From the IMG/VR virus record IMGVR_UViG_3300045988_075868: DNA of 43,788 nucleotides; one strand, given 5' to 3'. Source of the stretch: a virus. This document shows, one piece after another, positions 1 to 7,096 of this stretch (position 1 is its first letter; each line of letters starts with the position of its first letter). The translations under genes were made by a program, and so were the position numbers. The notes beneath the pieces were generated by a model that saw nothing but the letters and a program-made list of their open reading frames with translations, did not search any database and had not been told where the DNA came from.

Positions 1-99
1 ATAAACAAAAAAGTGGATAAATAGTATTGACAAGCGAAACGAAATAGTGTATTATAGTATCAGAAAGGAGGTGAAACACCAGTGAGCAAACAAAAAAAG
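1..99 (+). repeat. 99-bp terminal direct repeat, identical to 43690..43788
   Basis: Base-by-base comparison of both ends shows 99/99 identity ending exactly at the window borders. This is typical of a k-mer overlap in a circular assembly. Confidence 0.95.
27..55 (+). promoter_or_regulatory. Sigma-A-type promoter (TTGACA-17-TATTAT, TG immediately upstream)
   Basis: TTGACA at 27-32, a 17-nt spacer, and TATTAT at 50-55. It is followed by AAAGGAGGTG and a GTG start at 82. A duplicate copy lies at 43716-43744. Confidence 0.6.
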
Positions 100-198
100 G
101 GCGGCAAGGCCAAGCCCGACAGCTTAGTTAACCTTACCGCCGCAATCCTAAACCTCGTCACTGCCATTCTTCTCTTGATTGAGAAGCTGACAGAATAG
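82..198 (+). CDS. Small membrane peptide (38 aa, MSKQKKGGKAKPDSLVNLTAAILNLVTAILLLIEKLTE)
   Basis: GTG start sits 9 nt after AAAGGAGGTG. The peptide has a Lys-rich N-terminus and one hydrophobic helix. A GGGGGAGG/CCTCCCCC hairpin follows the stop. It is too short for the ORF track. Confidence 0.5.
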   Translation: MSKQKKGGKAKPDSLVNLTAAILNLVTAILLLIEKLTE

Positions 199-259
199 AG
201 GAGGGGGAGGGAAACCTCCCCCCCTAAAGAATAACAAAATGCTCAAGAGGTGTCAAGAT

Positions 260-340
260 ATGGATGCTTTGATTTATGGTCTGCTGGCCGTCAGCTTTGG
301 TCTTTCTATATGGGTGATTATTCGAAATATAAAAAAATGA
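260..340 (+). CDS. Small hydrophobic peptide (26 aa, MDALIYGLLAVSFGLSIWVIIRNIKK), type I toxin / Hol-Tox-like architecture
   Basis: ATG is preceded by AGAGGTG with a 7-nt spacer. The peptide has a single TM helix and a basic C-terminus. It is too short for the ORF track. Confidence 0.4.
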   Translation: MDALIYGLLAVSFGLSIWVIIRNIKK

Positions 341-440
341 AGGAGGTTTTTAAAATGACAGAAAGAACCACTGGACAGACAGTTCCCCGGCCAGCTCTGC
401 ATTGCCGGGATGGGAAAAGGATAGTGCAGTATTATAGCGA

Positions 441-483
441 AAAAACAGGGCCAGGGATCATTCCCTGGCCTCTTTCTTTTTGT
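441..483. terminator. Bidirectional intrinsic terminator
   Basis: A 9-bp stem GGCCAGGGA/TCCCTGGCC (449-470) with loop TCAT is flanked by an A-run upstream and a T-run downstream. It sits between convergent plus-strand small genes and the minus-strand endolysin stop at 486. Confidence 0.75.
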
Positions 484-485
484 TG

Positions 486-1241
486 TCACTTAACCACCTT
501 GACCATTAACGCCACCTCCTGGCGGGTAGCAAAGCTCTGTGGCCTGGTGCCGTCTGTGATGCCTTTCACTTTTGCCTGTTCCAGTCCAGCCTGTGCCCAC
601 TCATTGGCCGGTAGCTCCGCTCGCTCGGCCAGATAGCGGTCCATGTACTCCTTCCACTGCTCGTAGGTCACAGTCTCATCCTCTCCTTCCATCCATCGGG
701 CCACATCCGCCCGGAAATCATCCATAGTTTTGCCGAATTTTGGAAACCAGTGCAACACATCCCCGTGGTTACTGGCAATCCCCCGATGATATCCCTCCTG
801 GTGACAGATAACCACTCCCTCTGCCAACGGGTCCAGGTTGTACTCCCGACACAGCATGGCTGTCAGTTCCACGGCCTCCTGGTACACCGCCTCAAAATAG
901 CTGGCGTCCTCCAGGCCGTCCTCGCAGATCTCAAAGGAGATATGTGTGTTGTTGGCATCTCCCCCAGCGTGCCAGCCACGGCGATTCCAAGGAAGGGTCT
1001 GCACGGTGCCAACGCCTCCGTCGGCAAATTTGCCTACAAAGGCGTGGGCGCACTTTTCCAGTCCGGGCCTGTCCCAATCATTCCCGTACTGGTTCCGACC
1101 AATTACATCATCTCCGGGCACATAGCGGGCCACAGAGGGGTTATTAGCCCCAGTCGAGTGTACCATTACCCCCTGTGGCCGGATGGTCCTCCCGGCCCTG
1201 TAACAGTCGTTTCTGGTCAAATACTGTTGTACGATTCTCAT
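486..1241 (-). CDS. Endolysin, N-acetylmuramoyl-L-alanine amidase (Amidase_2/PGRP type) with a C-terminal SLH-like wall-binding motif
   Basis: Motifs VHSTGANNPS and WHAGGDANNTHISFEICE are present. The C-terminus reads WAQAGLEQAKVKGITDGTRPQSFATRQEVALMV. Start moved from 1286 to ATG 1241, which is preceded by GGAGGATATC. Confidence 0.85.
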   Translation of the reverse strand: MRIVQQYLTRNDCYRAGRTIRPQGVMVHSTGANNPSVARYVPGDDVIGRNQYGNDWDRPGLEKCAHAFVGKFADGGVGTVQTLPWNRRGWHAGGDANNTHISFEICEDGLEDASYFEAVYQEAVELTAMLCREYNLDPLAEGVVICHQEGYHRGIASNHGDVLHWFPKFGKTMDDFRADVARWMEGEDETVTYEQWKEYMDRYLAERAELPANEWAQAGLEQAKVKGITDGTRPQSFATRQEVALMVKVVK

Positions 1242-1279
1242 GATATCCTCCAAGGACGGCAAAAGGCCGCCCCGTCTAC

Positions 1280-1307
1280 TTGACAAAGCGGCCTGATCTG
1301 ATATAAT
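1280..1307 (+). promoter_or_regulatory. Near-consensus promoter (TTGACA-16-TATAAT) pointing antisense into the lysis cassette
   Basis: TTGACA at 1280-1285 and TATAAT at 1302-1307. No plus-strand CDS follows. Confidence 0.6.
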
Positions 1308-1313
1308 AATGAC

Positions 1314-1410
1314 GAAGGGATGACTGCGACAAGCGGTTAGCCCAAAGGAAATACGATCACGGAATGACCGCTATCTTTTGGACGAGAGGGCGGTCATTTC
1401 CGTTTTGTGA
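1314..1410 (+). ncRNA. Candidate antisense sRNA (type I antitoxin-like), convergent with the 28-aa peptide gene
   Basis: Predicted transcript of about 100 nt from the 1280-1307 promoter. It would end at hairpin AATGACCGC/GCGGTCATT (1363-1398) followed by TTCCGTTTTGTG. The 3' arm overlaps the stop codon of the minus-strand peptide gene. Ends are inferred, not measured. Confidence 0.4.
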
Positions 1411-1480
1411 TCTGAAGAATCAGACCCAAAATGCCTACGATCAAAATACCGATCTGGATCAGATCAGAGTATGTAACCAT
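1394..1480 (-). CDS. 28-aa hydrophobic peptide MVTYSDLIQIGILIVGILGLILQITKRK (putative holin-like toxin / type I toxin family architecture)
   Basis: ATG is preceded by GGGAGGTGGTGCTT. The peptide has a single TM helix and a KRK tail. It has its own promoter, and the SD can pair with an upstream CTCCC. It is too short for the ORF track. Confidence 0.55.
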   Translation of the reverse strand: MVTYSDLIQIGILIVGILGLILQITKRK

Positions 1481-1561
1481 AAGCACCACCTCCCTTCTGG
1501 GAGTGTGGCTAACCGCCTGCCGTTGTTGCAGCATCCCTCCGGTCCCTTGTGGGACAAAATC

Positions 1562-1590
1562 ATTCTATCAGAGGGTCCGCTTCTTGTCAA
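1562..1590 (-). promoter_or_regulatory. Promoter for the 28-aa peptide gene (TTGACA-17-TAGAAT on the minus strand)
   Basis: Reverse complement of 1585-1590 is TTGACA and of 1562-1567 is TAGAAT. The leader is about 75 nt and contains CTCCC-AGAA-GGGAG overlapping the SD. Confidence 0.55.
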
Positions 1591-1595
1591 TTCTT

Positions 1596-1618
1596 GCCGC
1601 CCAGTGGGGCGGCTTTTT
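1596..1618. terminator. Intrinsic terminator hairpin (GCCGCCC-AGTG-GGGCGGC-TTTTT)
   Basis: A perfect 7-bp GC stem has a T5 tract on the plus strand and an A-run on the other side. It lies directly after the stop of the 1620..1880 gene. Confidence 0.65.
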
Positions 1619-1619
1619 C

Positions 1620-1880
1620 TTATGCCTGCTCCGCCTTCCCGGCGGCCTCTTTGTCAGCCTGGATGCCAGCCTCAACGGCGGCCTCAAACGCCTCCTTGTC
1701 AGGGTAGGCGGCGGCCAGCTCCTGCCCGTGGCGGCCAGTGAACTCTCTCATGGCCCTGTCCTCTTCATGGGTAATCTCAGGGTGCTTCTCCCGGAGCATG
1801 GCCATGCCTACGGTAGCCAGATCGGGGGCGTCGTTCTTCTCAGTGATTTCGTACAGTTCATAGAGCATTTCGGTGTTCAT
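1620..1880 (-). CDS. Hypothetical acidic protein (86 aa) inside the lysis cassette
   Basis: ATG is preceded by AAAGGAGATTGAACT. No motif recognised. Confidence 0.6.
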   Translation of the reverse strand: MNTEMLYELYEITEKNDAPDLATVGMAMLREKHPEITHEEDRAMREFTGRHGQELAAAYPDKEAFEAAVEAGIQADKEAAGKAEQA

Positions 1881-1913
1881 AGTTCAATCTCCTTTGCAGT
1901 AAAAAATATGTTG

Positions 1914-2177
1914 TTATTCCTTCAACTGCTTGATGGCCTGGTTGACACCAGTTGCCGCCAGACCGCTTACAATGCCCACGGCAACGGCGGTCACGGGATC
2001 GCTGGCCGGGAAATCCGGCACGCCCAGGGCCAGACAGGTCACCCCCAGCAGTCCGCCCACCAGCCCGCATACCACGGGAATGAGGGCGTTGTTGTCGTAT
2101 GGGGTCGCCTTGACGATCAGGCCCACCAGGTAGCAGATGACGGTGACCGCCGCCACGCTCGCAATACCAAAGTCCAT
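1914..2177 (-). CDS. Holin (three hydrophobic segments, Hol44-like C-terminus)
   Basis: Sequence MDFGIASVAAVTVICYLVGLIV...GLVGGLLGVTCLALG...AVGIVSGLAATGVNQAIKQLKE. Start moved to ATG 2177, preceded by GAGGGGGTGAAAAT. It lies next to the XhlA-like gene and near the amidase. Confidence 0.75.
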   Translation of the reverse strand: MDFGIASVAAVTVICYLVGLIVKATPYDNNALIPVVCGLVGGLLGVTCLALGVPDFPASDPVTAVAVGIVSGLAATGVNQAIKQLKE

Positions 2178-2191
2178 ATTTTCACCCCCTC

Positions 2192-2554
2192 TCAAAGACC
2201 TATCTTGTCTAACAGAAAGGCCATAACCGCTGTAATAACCGCCGCAATTATGGCCCAACTCATTTTGCCTTTCAGGTCTTTCCAGTTGCGCCCTGGCTCC
2301 GCCTGAATGTCCGACAATCCCTTGGACAATGTGCTCACCTTACCCGTCAGGGCCTCCAACTTTTCAAGTATCGTTGTATACTGCTGGCCCTGCTCCGCAC
2401 GGGCGATCTCTAGCTCCCGGATTCTGTTGAAAAACTCTTTGTGCGTCTGTCGGGACTGCTCCTTCCATTCGCTCATCTGCTTTTCCAGCATATTAGCTTT
2501 CTGGAGGCCAAGGCAATCCCGCTGTGGGTCTAAGATACATTTTTCATCTGCCAT
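2192..2554 (-). CDS. XhlA-like lysis-associated protein (coiled coil with C-terminal TM anchor)
   Basis: Long helical region (EFFNRIRELEIARAEQGQQYTTILEKLEALTGKV) and C-terminal WAIIAAVITAVMAFLL. The position directly upstream of the holin matches the PBSX xhlA-xhlB-xlyA order. Confidence 0.5.
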   Translation of the reverse strand: MADEKCILDPQRDCLGLQKANMLEKQMSEWKEQSRQTHKEFFNRIRELEIARAEQGQQYTTILEKLEALTGKVSTLSKGLSDIQAEPGRNWKDLKGKMSWAIIAAVITAVMAFLLDKIGL

Positions 2555-2577
2555 TTAGATCTCCTTCCAGGCCTCTC

Positions 2578-2889
2578 TTAGCCCATTCCGCCGCCACCAG
2601 AGCCTCCGATGGCTTCTCCTTCTCCAATTACTTTGAATAGACCGTTACTAGCTCCAAGACTTCCAACATTGATTTTTTCTATGCCGGAACTCCTTTGGAG
2701 ATTTCCATTGATAAATATTGGAGAGCCAACAAATACTTCTATCGTCCCTGATTGGGCATTCGTGGTATTGTCGATTTCAAAGGTCCCAGTTTCAGATTCC
2801 GACATATAGTGTATAACTACACCAGAGTATCTAATATTTACCTTTTCTGGTAATGTTCCCCCACCTTGTATCACCGGATTCATTATCAT
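2578..2889 (-). CDS. Small beta-rich protein, paralog 2 (N-terminus MIMNPVIQGGG), Gly-rich C-terminus
   Basis: ATGA start/stop overlap with the upstream paralog. The region is markedly AT-rich compared with its neighbours. Confidence 0.65.
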   Translation of the reverse strand: MIMNPVIQGGGTLPEKVNIRYSGVVIHYMSESETGTFEIDNTTNAQSGTIEVFVGSPIFINGNLQRSSGIEKINVGSLGASNGLFKVIGEGEAIGGSGGGGMG

Positions 2890-3206
2890 ACTGTAATCAC
2901 CCCGTCTCCAGATACATATACCAAATTGGTCGTATGGCCACTCCGAGTGTATACCTCCGAATTTGCAACCACTTCTAACGCTCCGCTTAATGCGTCTTGT
3001 CTTACATCTCCTATCATTAGTGGAAGGATAAAAGAGTTTTTAGCTACTGATATAGTAAATTCTGTAGAGTTAAGTGGGGCATAGCCTTTTGTTCCGTCCG
3101 AAGTAATATAATGTAGACCATAATCAGGGCTTGATATTGTATCACGGCTTTTTATAGTAACTGTAGCAGTTTCTCCACCGCCCTGCACCACTGGATTCAG
3201 TATCAT
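2886..3206 (-). CDS. Small beta-rich protein, paralog 1 (N-terminus MILNPVVQGGG)
   Basis: Shares its first 11 residues with 2578..2889. It is preceded by a 117-nt AT-rich spacer after the tail-fibre gene. Confidence 0.65.
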   Translation of the reverse strand: MILNPVVQGGGETATVTIKSRDTISSPDYGLHYITSDGTKGYAPLNSTEFTISVAKNSFILPLMIGDVRQDALSGALEVVANSEVYTRSGHTTNLVYVSGDGVITV

Positions 3207-3323
3207 GTCGCACTGCCTTTCATCAAATCAAACAATTTTTGGGGTATATGTTGTCCCGACGCTTTAATGCAATAAAGTTATACATAATGCGTAAACCTTC
3301 TATTATTGGAGTATGGTGATTTT

Positions 3324-4403
3324 CTAAGTTTTCGGCGGGCGCTCCTGGAGGCGACAGCCGATGGTGAAGTCAGAGTACGACCTACTGTAACCGTTCACAT
3401 AGAAAGGCCCGTAATTCTGGTGGTGGTAATAGTCACTGCCATGGTACAGGCACGGGCTACCACCGTTGAAATTCCAGCCATCCGGGACATAGGTAGTCGT
3501 ACTGCCAGAAGATTCGGTGGGGTAAAGCGCCCACTCCAGATTGCTTTGAGTCGGGATGGCGAAATCGCTAGGGTAGCCGCTGGTCGGCCTGCCCACCAGA
3601 ACCCCGTTGGCGCTGTCGCTGAACTGATTGGGATTCTTGATGACGTTCAGGCCGCTGCTGTTGTAATAGCACCCGTCCATCCAGTCGTACACGTTGTCCC
3701 ACCAGCCCTCGATGTTCCGGTACTGGCAGAATCCGTAGGAATCCCGGCTGGCCGCCGTGGTTCCCGTGTGGTACTGCATGGTGTCCGTCTTGCCGTTGTT
3801 CTCCTTGGAGCCGCTGGCCGAACAGCCCCGGCCGATGCGCTCGCCATTCCAGTCCGCAAACTCCACCAGGAACAGCATGTTCACATACCACATCTGGGCA
3901 AAGTCCATCTGCCAGATGTTCGTCCCCAGGTTATGGGTGCGAGTCCGGGCCGTTCTCCGGGTAATATCCACCTGCTGCGCCTTATTGGTCTCCGACTTAT
4001 AGGTGCCGCTGGCGCAGTGGTAACGTCCGATATAGGAGTAATCCAGTTCGCCAAGGCCGTCGCCCCGGTCCATGTTCACCGGGTCCACATGGAACCCCTC
4101 CACCGGGCCGTCCGCAATTTGCAGCTTCAGCTTCTTCCCCGTCTTGGTCCACTTGTACCAGTATTTGGGCTCTTTCACCATCACGCCCCCGGTCCGGGTC
4201 GTTTTGGTCATGTCCTTCCACGGGTACAGGTTGTCAAATGGGGAAGAGCCGGAGCCGTTGTTAGCGGCGGGGGAGGGCTCGGCAAACTGTGCGGAACCAT
4301 CAGTACGTTTGCCCTTGGTGGAGCCGTTGCTGGTCCAGTCCCATTCTACACCGTAGATTTTAGGAGGAGGAGGAAACGGCTTGGCAGGACAACTAAAAAT
4401 CAT
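3324..4403 (-). CDS. Tail fibre / receptor-binding protein with a C-type-lectin / FGE-sulfatase-like C-terminal domain
   Basis: NIEGWWDNVYDWMDGCYYN resembles the FGE-type WEW motif. The C-terminus reads NGGSPCLYHGSDYYHHQNYGPFYVNGYSRSYSDFTIGCRL. ATGA overlap with the upstream fibre gene. Confidence 0.7.
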   Translation of the reverse strand: MIFSCPAKPFPPPPKIYGVEWDWTSNGSTKGKRTDGSAQFAEPSPAANNGSGSSPFDNLYPWKDMTKTTRTGGVMVKEPKYWYKWTKTGKKLKLQIADGPVEGFHVDPVNMDRGDGLGELDYSYIGRYHCASGTYKSETNKAQQVDITRRTARTRTHNLGTNIWQMDFAQMWYVNMLFLVEFADWNGERIGRGCSASGSKENNGKTDTMQYHTGTTAASRDSYGFCQYRNIEGWWDNVYDWMDGCYYNSSGLNVIKNPNQFSDSANGVLVGRPTSGYPSDFAIPTQSNLEWALYPTESSGSTTTYVPDGWNFNGGSPCLYHGSDYYHHQNYGPFYVNGYSRSYSDFTIGCRLQERPPKT

Positions 4404-5254
4404 GTCCCTACCTCCTGGATTACCACATAAACCTGTACATCTTCTGTCGGGACCGTCTGCGCCTTGAATGTCAATTTGTTGGCCGCCTGTCCCGTGCAGG
4501 ATATCCCAGCGGCAGAATACACAGCCTGGTCCGCAATAGTCGGCATTGGCTGAATCAACTGTTTACTCTCATCCGCAAGCACGCCCGGAACTGTAACAGT
4601 CTGGGTGTTGTTGGACCAGGCGGAGAGGGGGAGGGTAACCAGGGTGGATTTTGGTCTGATTTCCGTTTTTACATCTTCCATCGTAGGTAGGTAAGCGTCA
4701 TTTTCTACAAGGCCAGTTCTAAGCGCACCTCCGACGTTATAAAAAACCACACCTCCGCAGTCTACCCGTTGAATAACGCCAGATTCTCCGGATACCGCAT
4801 CAAACTCCCCTGGGTTTGCAAACATATATGCCGTATCATGATTACTAGAAATCCCGATCAGCGGTAACTTCTCAAGACCCAAAAAATCTCCATTCACAAC
4901 TAACTGCACTCTGTGATCTGTACCTTCGTCTACCGGATCAGGGGACTCAACAACCTCCAGCACCAACTCCCCCGTCATGGTCCCTCCGCTCAACTGGAGA
5001 TACCTCTGGTCGGCCTGTTCCTGTGTCATGCCAGATTGTGGCGCATCCTGTGGCACGGCGTTACCCCCGCTGTCAAAGCCAACCACCTGGCCCTGGGTGC
5101 CGGTGAGTTTATCCTGCTTCTCATTCGCCAGGGCAGCGGCCGCAGCGGGAAGGGAATCACTACCGGCCCCAACCGTCACGCCGGTATCACTAATAGTTTT
5201 CAGTGTGTCATTCACATTCTTCTTGATGCGGTCAATTTCGCTCTGTACGCTCAT
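4400..5254 (-). CDS. Tail fibre protein
   Basis: N-terminus MSVQSEIDRIKKNVNDTLKTI is paralogous to the N-terminus of 5266..6435. Call also rests on position in the fibre cluster. Confidence 0.6.
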   Translation of the reverse strand: MSVQSEIDRIKKNVNDTLKTISDTGVTVGAGSDSLPAAAAALANEKQDKLTGTQGQVVGFDSGGNAVPQDAPQSGMTQEQADQRYLQLSGGTMTGELVLEVVESPDPVDEGTDHRVQLVVNGDFLGLEKLPLIGISSNHDTAYMFANPGEFDAVSGESGVIQRVDCGGVVFYNVGGALRTGLVENDAYLPTMEDVKTEIRPKSTLVTLPLSAWSNNTQTVTVPGVLADESKQLIQPMPTIADQAVYSAAGISCTGQAANKLTFKAQTVPTEDVQVYVVIQEVGT

Positions 5255-5265
5255 GCCGCACCTCC

Positions 5266-6435
5266 TCAGATGGCCGCAAGGGCTTCCTCAATGTCACTGG
5301 TCAAGCTCACGCTGCCCCCGGAGGTGTACCCGGCAGGCACAGAATAGGAGGTCGTGGTAAGGCCATCGATGGTACCGGAAACAGCGCCGTTATTCGTCAT
5401 GGAGCCGGATACCAATGTGCCTTTCGCATCTACGATCTTCTTACCAGTCAGCACATCAGCCGCAGCAGCCGTTACTCCGCTTACGTCCTGATATGCGGCT
5501 GGAATAGCTCCAACGGTAACCTTAGACAACACCTTTCCAGTAGTTGGCGCAATCGTCTGGGCGGACTTGCTGGGGGTTGCGGTCTTTTCCTCCAGCGTGA
5601 TAGATACTGTTCCAGCGCCGTCATGGTGTCCTGCCGGAATCGTATAGGATGGAGCCGTAACGGTCAGCGTTTGGGTAACTGCCCCATTATCTGGCATCGT
5701 ACCTGTGACCTTGCTGCCGCCAACATACGCAGTTTCCCCATCGAGGATTTGTTCAGCCTCTGCGGTGGCATCTGTTGTGTCTACAAACTCCTCTGGGATA
5801 GCTCCCACGGTGACGGCGGAAAGCACCTTGCCCTCTGTTGCCTCTACAGTCTGCTCGGACTTTGTAGGCGTGACGGTTTTCGTCTCTGGGACAATCTGCA
5901 CCTTACCAGTACCAGTGTGGTACCCCTTGGGGATGGTGTATGACGGTTCCTCCGCTGTAAGGGTTTTATTTGCGGCCCCATTGTTTGGCATGGTGCCGGT
6001 AGAAACCTTACCCGTCTTATCTACAAACACCTTTCCAGTCAGCACGTCAGCCACAGCGGTGGTCACAACAGACACATCCTGGTAACTATCGGGAATCGGA
6101 GCTACCGTCACATCAGACAGTCCGTAATAACCGGGGTCTGGAGTCACGTTCTGCTGAACCTTGGTAGGCGTAACACTCTTGCTCTGGAGGTTATAGTTTC
6201 CACCGCCAGCCACACCGGACACCGTGCCACTGCCGTTGTGGTAGCCCTTCGGGATGGTGTATGTATCGCCCTCCTGGACTTGCGCCGATACAGCGCCCCG
6301 GTTTTCAATACCCTCGATCTCTGTCGCCAGCTTGTCCAATGTGTCAACGCTCGTGCCAATACCAAGCTCTACCGCTTTCGCACGGATCGTATTTCGTGCG
6401 GTTTGGATGCGGCTGATTTCAGTTGCTACGCTCAT
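5266..6435 (-). CDS. Tail fibre protein with about 3.5 tandem repeats of roughly 95 aa
   Basis: Recurring blocks YTIPKGYHNGSGTVS / YTIPKGYHTGTGKV / YTIPAGHHDGAGTVS / YSVPAGYTSGGSVS. Each is followed by a TPTK/TPSK..VTVGAIP..DV..VL.GK...GTMPNNGA block. Confidence 0.65.
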   Translation of the reverse strand: MSVATEISRIQTARNTIRAKAVELGIGTSVDTLDKLATEIEGIENRGAVSAQVQEGDTYTIPKGYHNGSGTVSGVAGGGNYNLQSKSVTPTKVQQNVTPDPGYYGLSDVTVAPIPDSYQDVSVVTTAVADVLTGKVFVDKTGKVSTGTMPNNGAANKTLTAEEPSYTIPKGYHTGTGKVQIVPETKTVTPTKSEQTVEATEGKVLSAVTVGAIPEEFVDTTDATAEAEQILDGETAYVGGSKVTGTMPDNGAVTQTLTVTAPSYTIPAGHHDGAGTVSITLEEKTATPSKSAQTIAPTTGKVLSKVTVGAIPAAYQDVSGVTAAAADVLTGKKIVDAKGTLVSGSMTNNGAVSGTIDGLTTTSYSVPAGYTSGGSVSLTSDIEEALAAI

Positions 6436-6448
6436 TTTTTACCACCTT

Positions 6449-7096
6449 TCAAATCGTCCCTAAAAGGATCTCGATATTTCCAACAGTATCCTGCACCGCC
6501 GCCGCGGTAATGGGAAGGGTGTTATCCCCCTCGAAGTCGCTCACCGCATTTACAGAGAGCGTATTCGTTTCTCTGTCCAGCAGTAGGCCGTGGCCGATCC
6601 TATAGCCACCACCGCCGCCCTCTGGTAATGGTATATCTGATTCCTCATATTCCCCGGAATCCGGGCTAAAAATGAGCCATGTCCCGTTTGTGCCGGGTTT
6701 TGGCGGATTATTGTTAATGTCTGTCAGACGGTCCTCCATCTGCTCAAACTCGGAGGGCAGGAGCGGTGGGAATGCGTCTACCGCATTGATGCTATTAAAC
6801 ACCATGGCATAAAACAGGTTGCTGTGCCGCACCTGGTCACCCAGAGTGCCCCGAACCTGCATGGCGTATGTACCGTCATCCGCCAGCATGGAGGCGGTAA
6901 GCAGCACACTGTATACTTCTCCATCACGGGAAAGCTGGATGATGTTCTTCTGTCCGTCCTTCTCTACGTCCACCTTTAAGTCCCAATCTTCCGTCAGGTC
7001 CGTGGATATTTCCAGAGAAGTGACCTCATTATCACCCTCAAATCCAAGGGAAAAACCGGGGGGCGTACAGATATTCCAATCGGTCATGTAAATCAT
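6449..7096 (-). CDS. Tail/baseplate-associated structural protein
   Basis: Synteny between the large tail protein and the fibres. AGGAGG lies 7 nt upstream of ATG 7096. Confidence 0.5.
   Translation of the reverse strand: MIYMTDWNICTPPGFSLGFEGDNEVTSLEISTDLTEDWDLKVDVEKDGQKNIIQLSRDGEVYSVLLTASMLADDGTYAMQVRGTLGDQVRHSNLFYAMVFNSINAVDAFPPLLPSEFEQMEDRLTDINNNPPKPGTNGTWLIFSPDSGEYEESDIPLPEGGGGGYRIGHGLLLDRETNTLSVNAVSDFEGDNTLPITAAAVQDTVGNIEILLGTI

Noticed and set aside
355-636. ORF starting at a perfect AGGAGG-N8-ATG (in the frame of track ORF 250..636)
   Set aside because: The frame reads through the bidirectional terminator at 449-483 and then runs antisense into the endolysin gene. It is probably not a real 94-aa protein. 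The SD-ATG is kept only as an oddity in a finding.
1431-2306. 291-aa plus-strand ORF across the lysis cassette
   Set aside because: It runs antisense to the holin, the XhlA-like gene and the 86-aa gene, and crosses two terminator hairpins. Its composition is implausible.
3306-4430. 374-aa plus-strand ORF
   Set aside because: It lies exactly antisense to the well-supported tail-fibre gene 3324..4403. It is Arg/Ala/Val/Gly-rich like a GC-rich shadow frame, has no SD, and would break the minus-strand operon.
3324-6435. A complete diversity-generating retroelement
   Set aside because: No reverse-transcriptase-like ORF (no YxDD-type motif seen in any frame of the track) and no template-repeat copy of the C-terminal segment could be found. 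Only the target-like signature remains.
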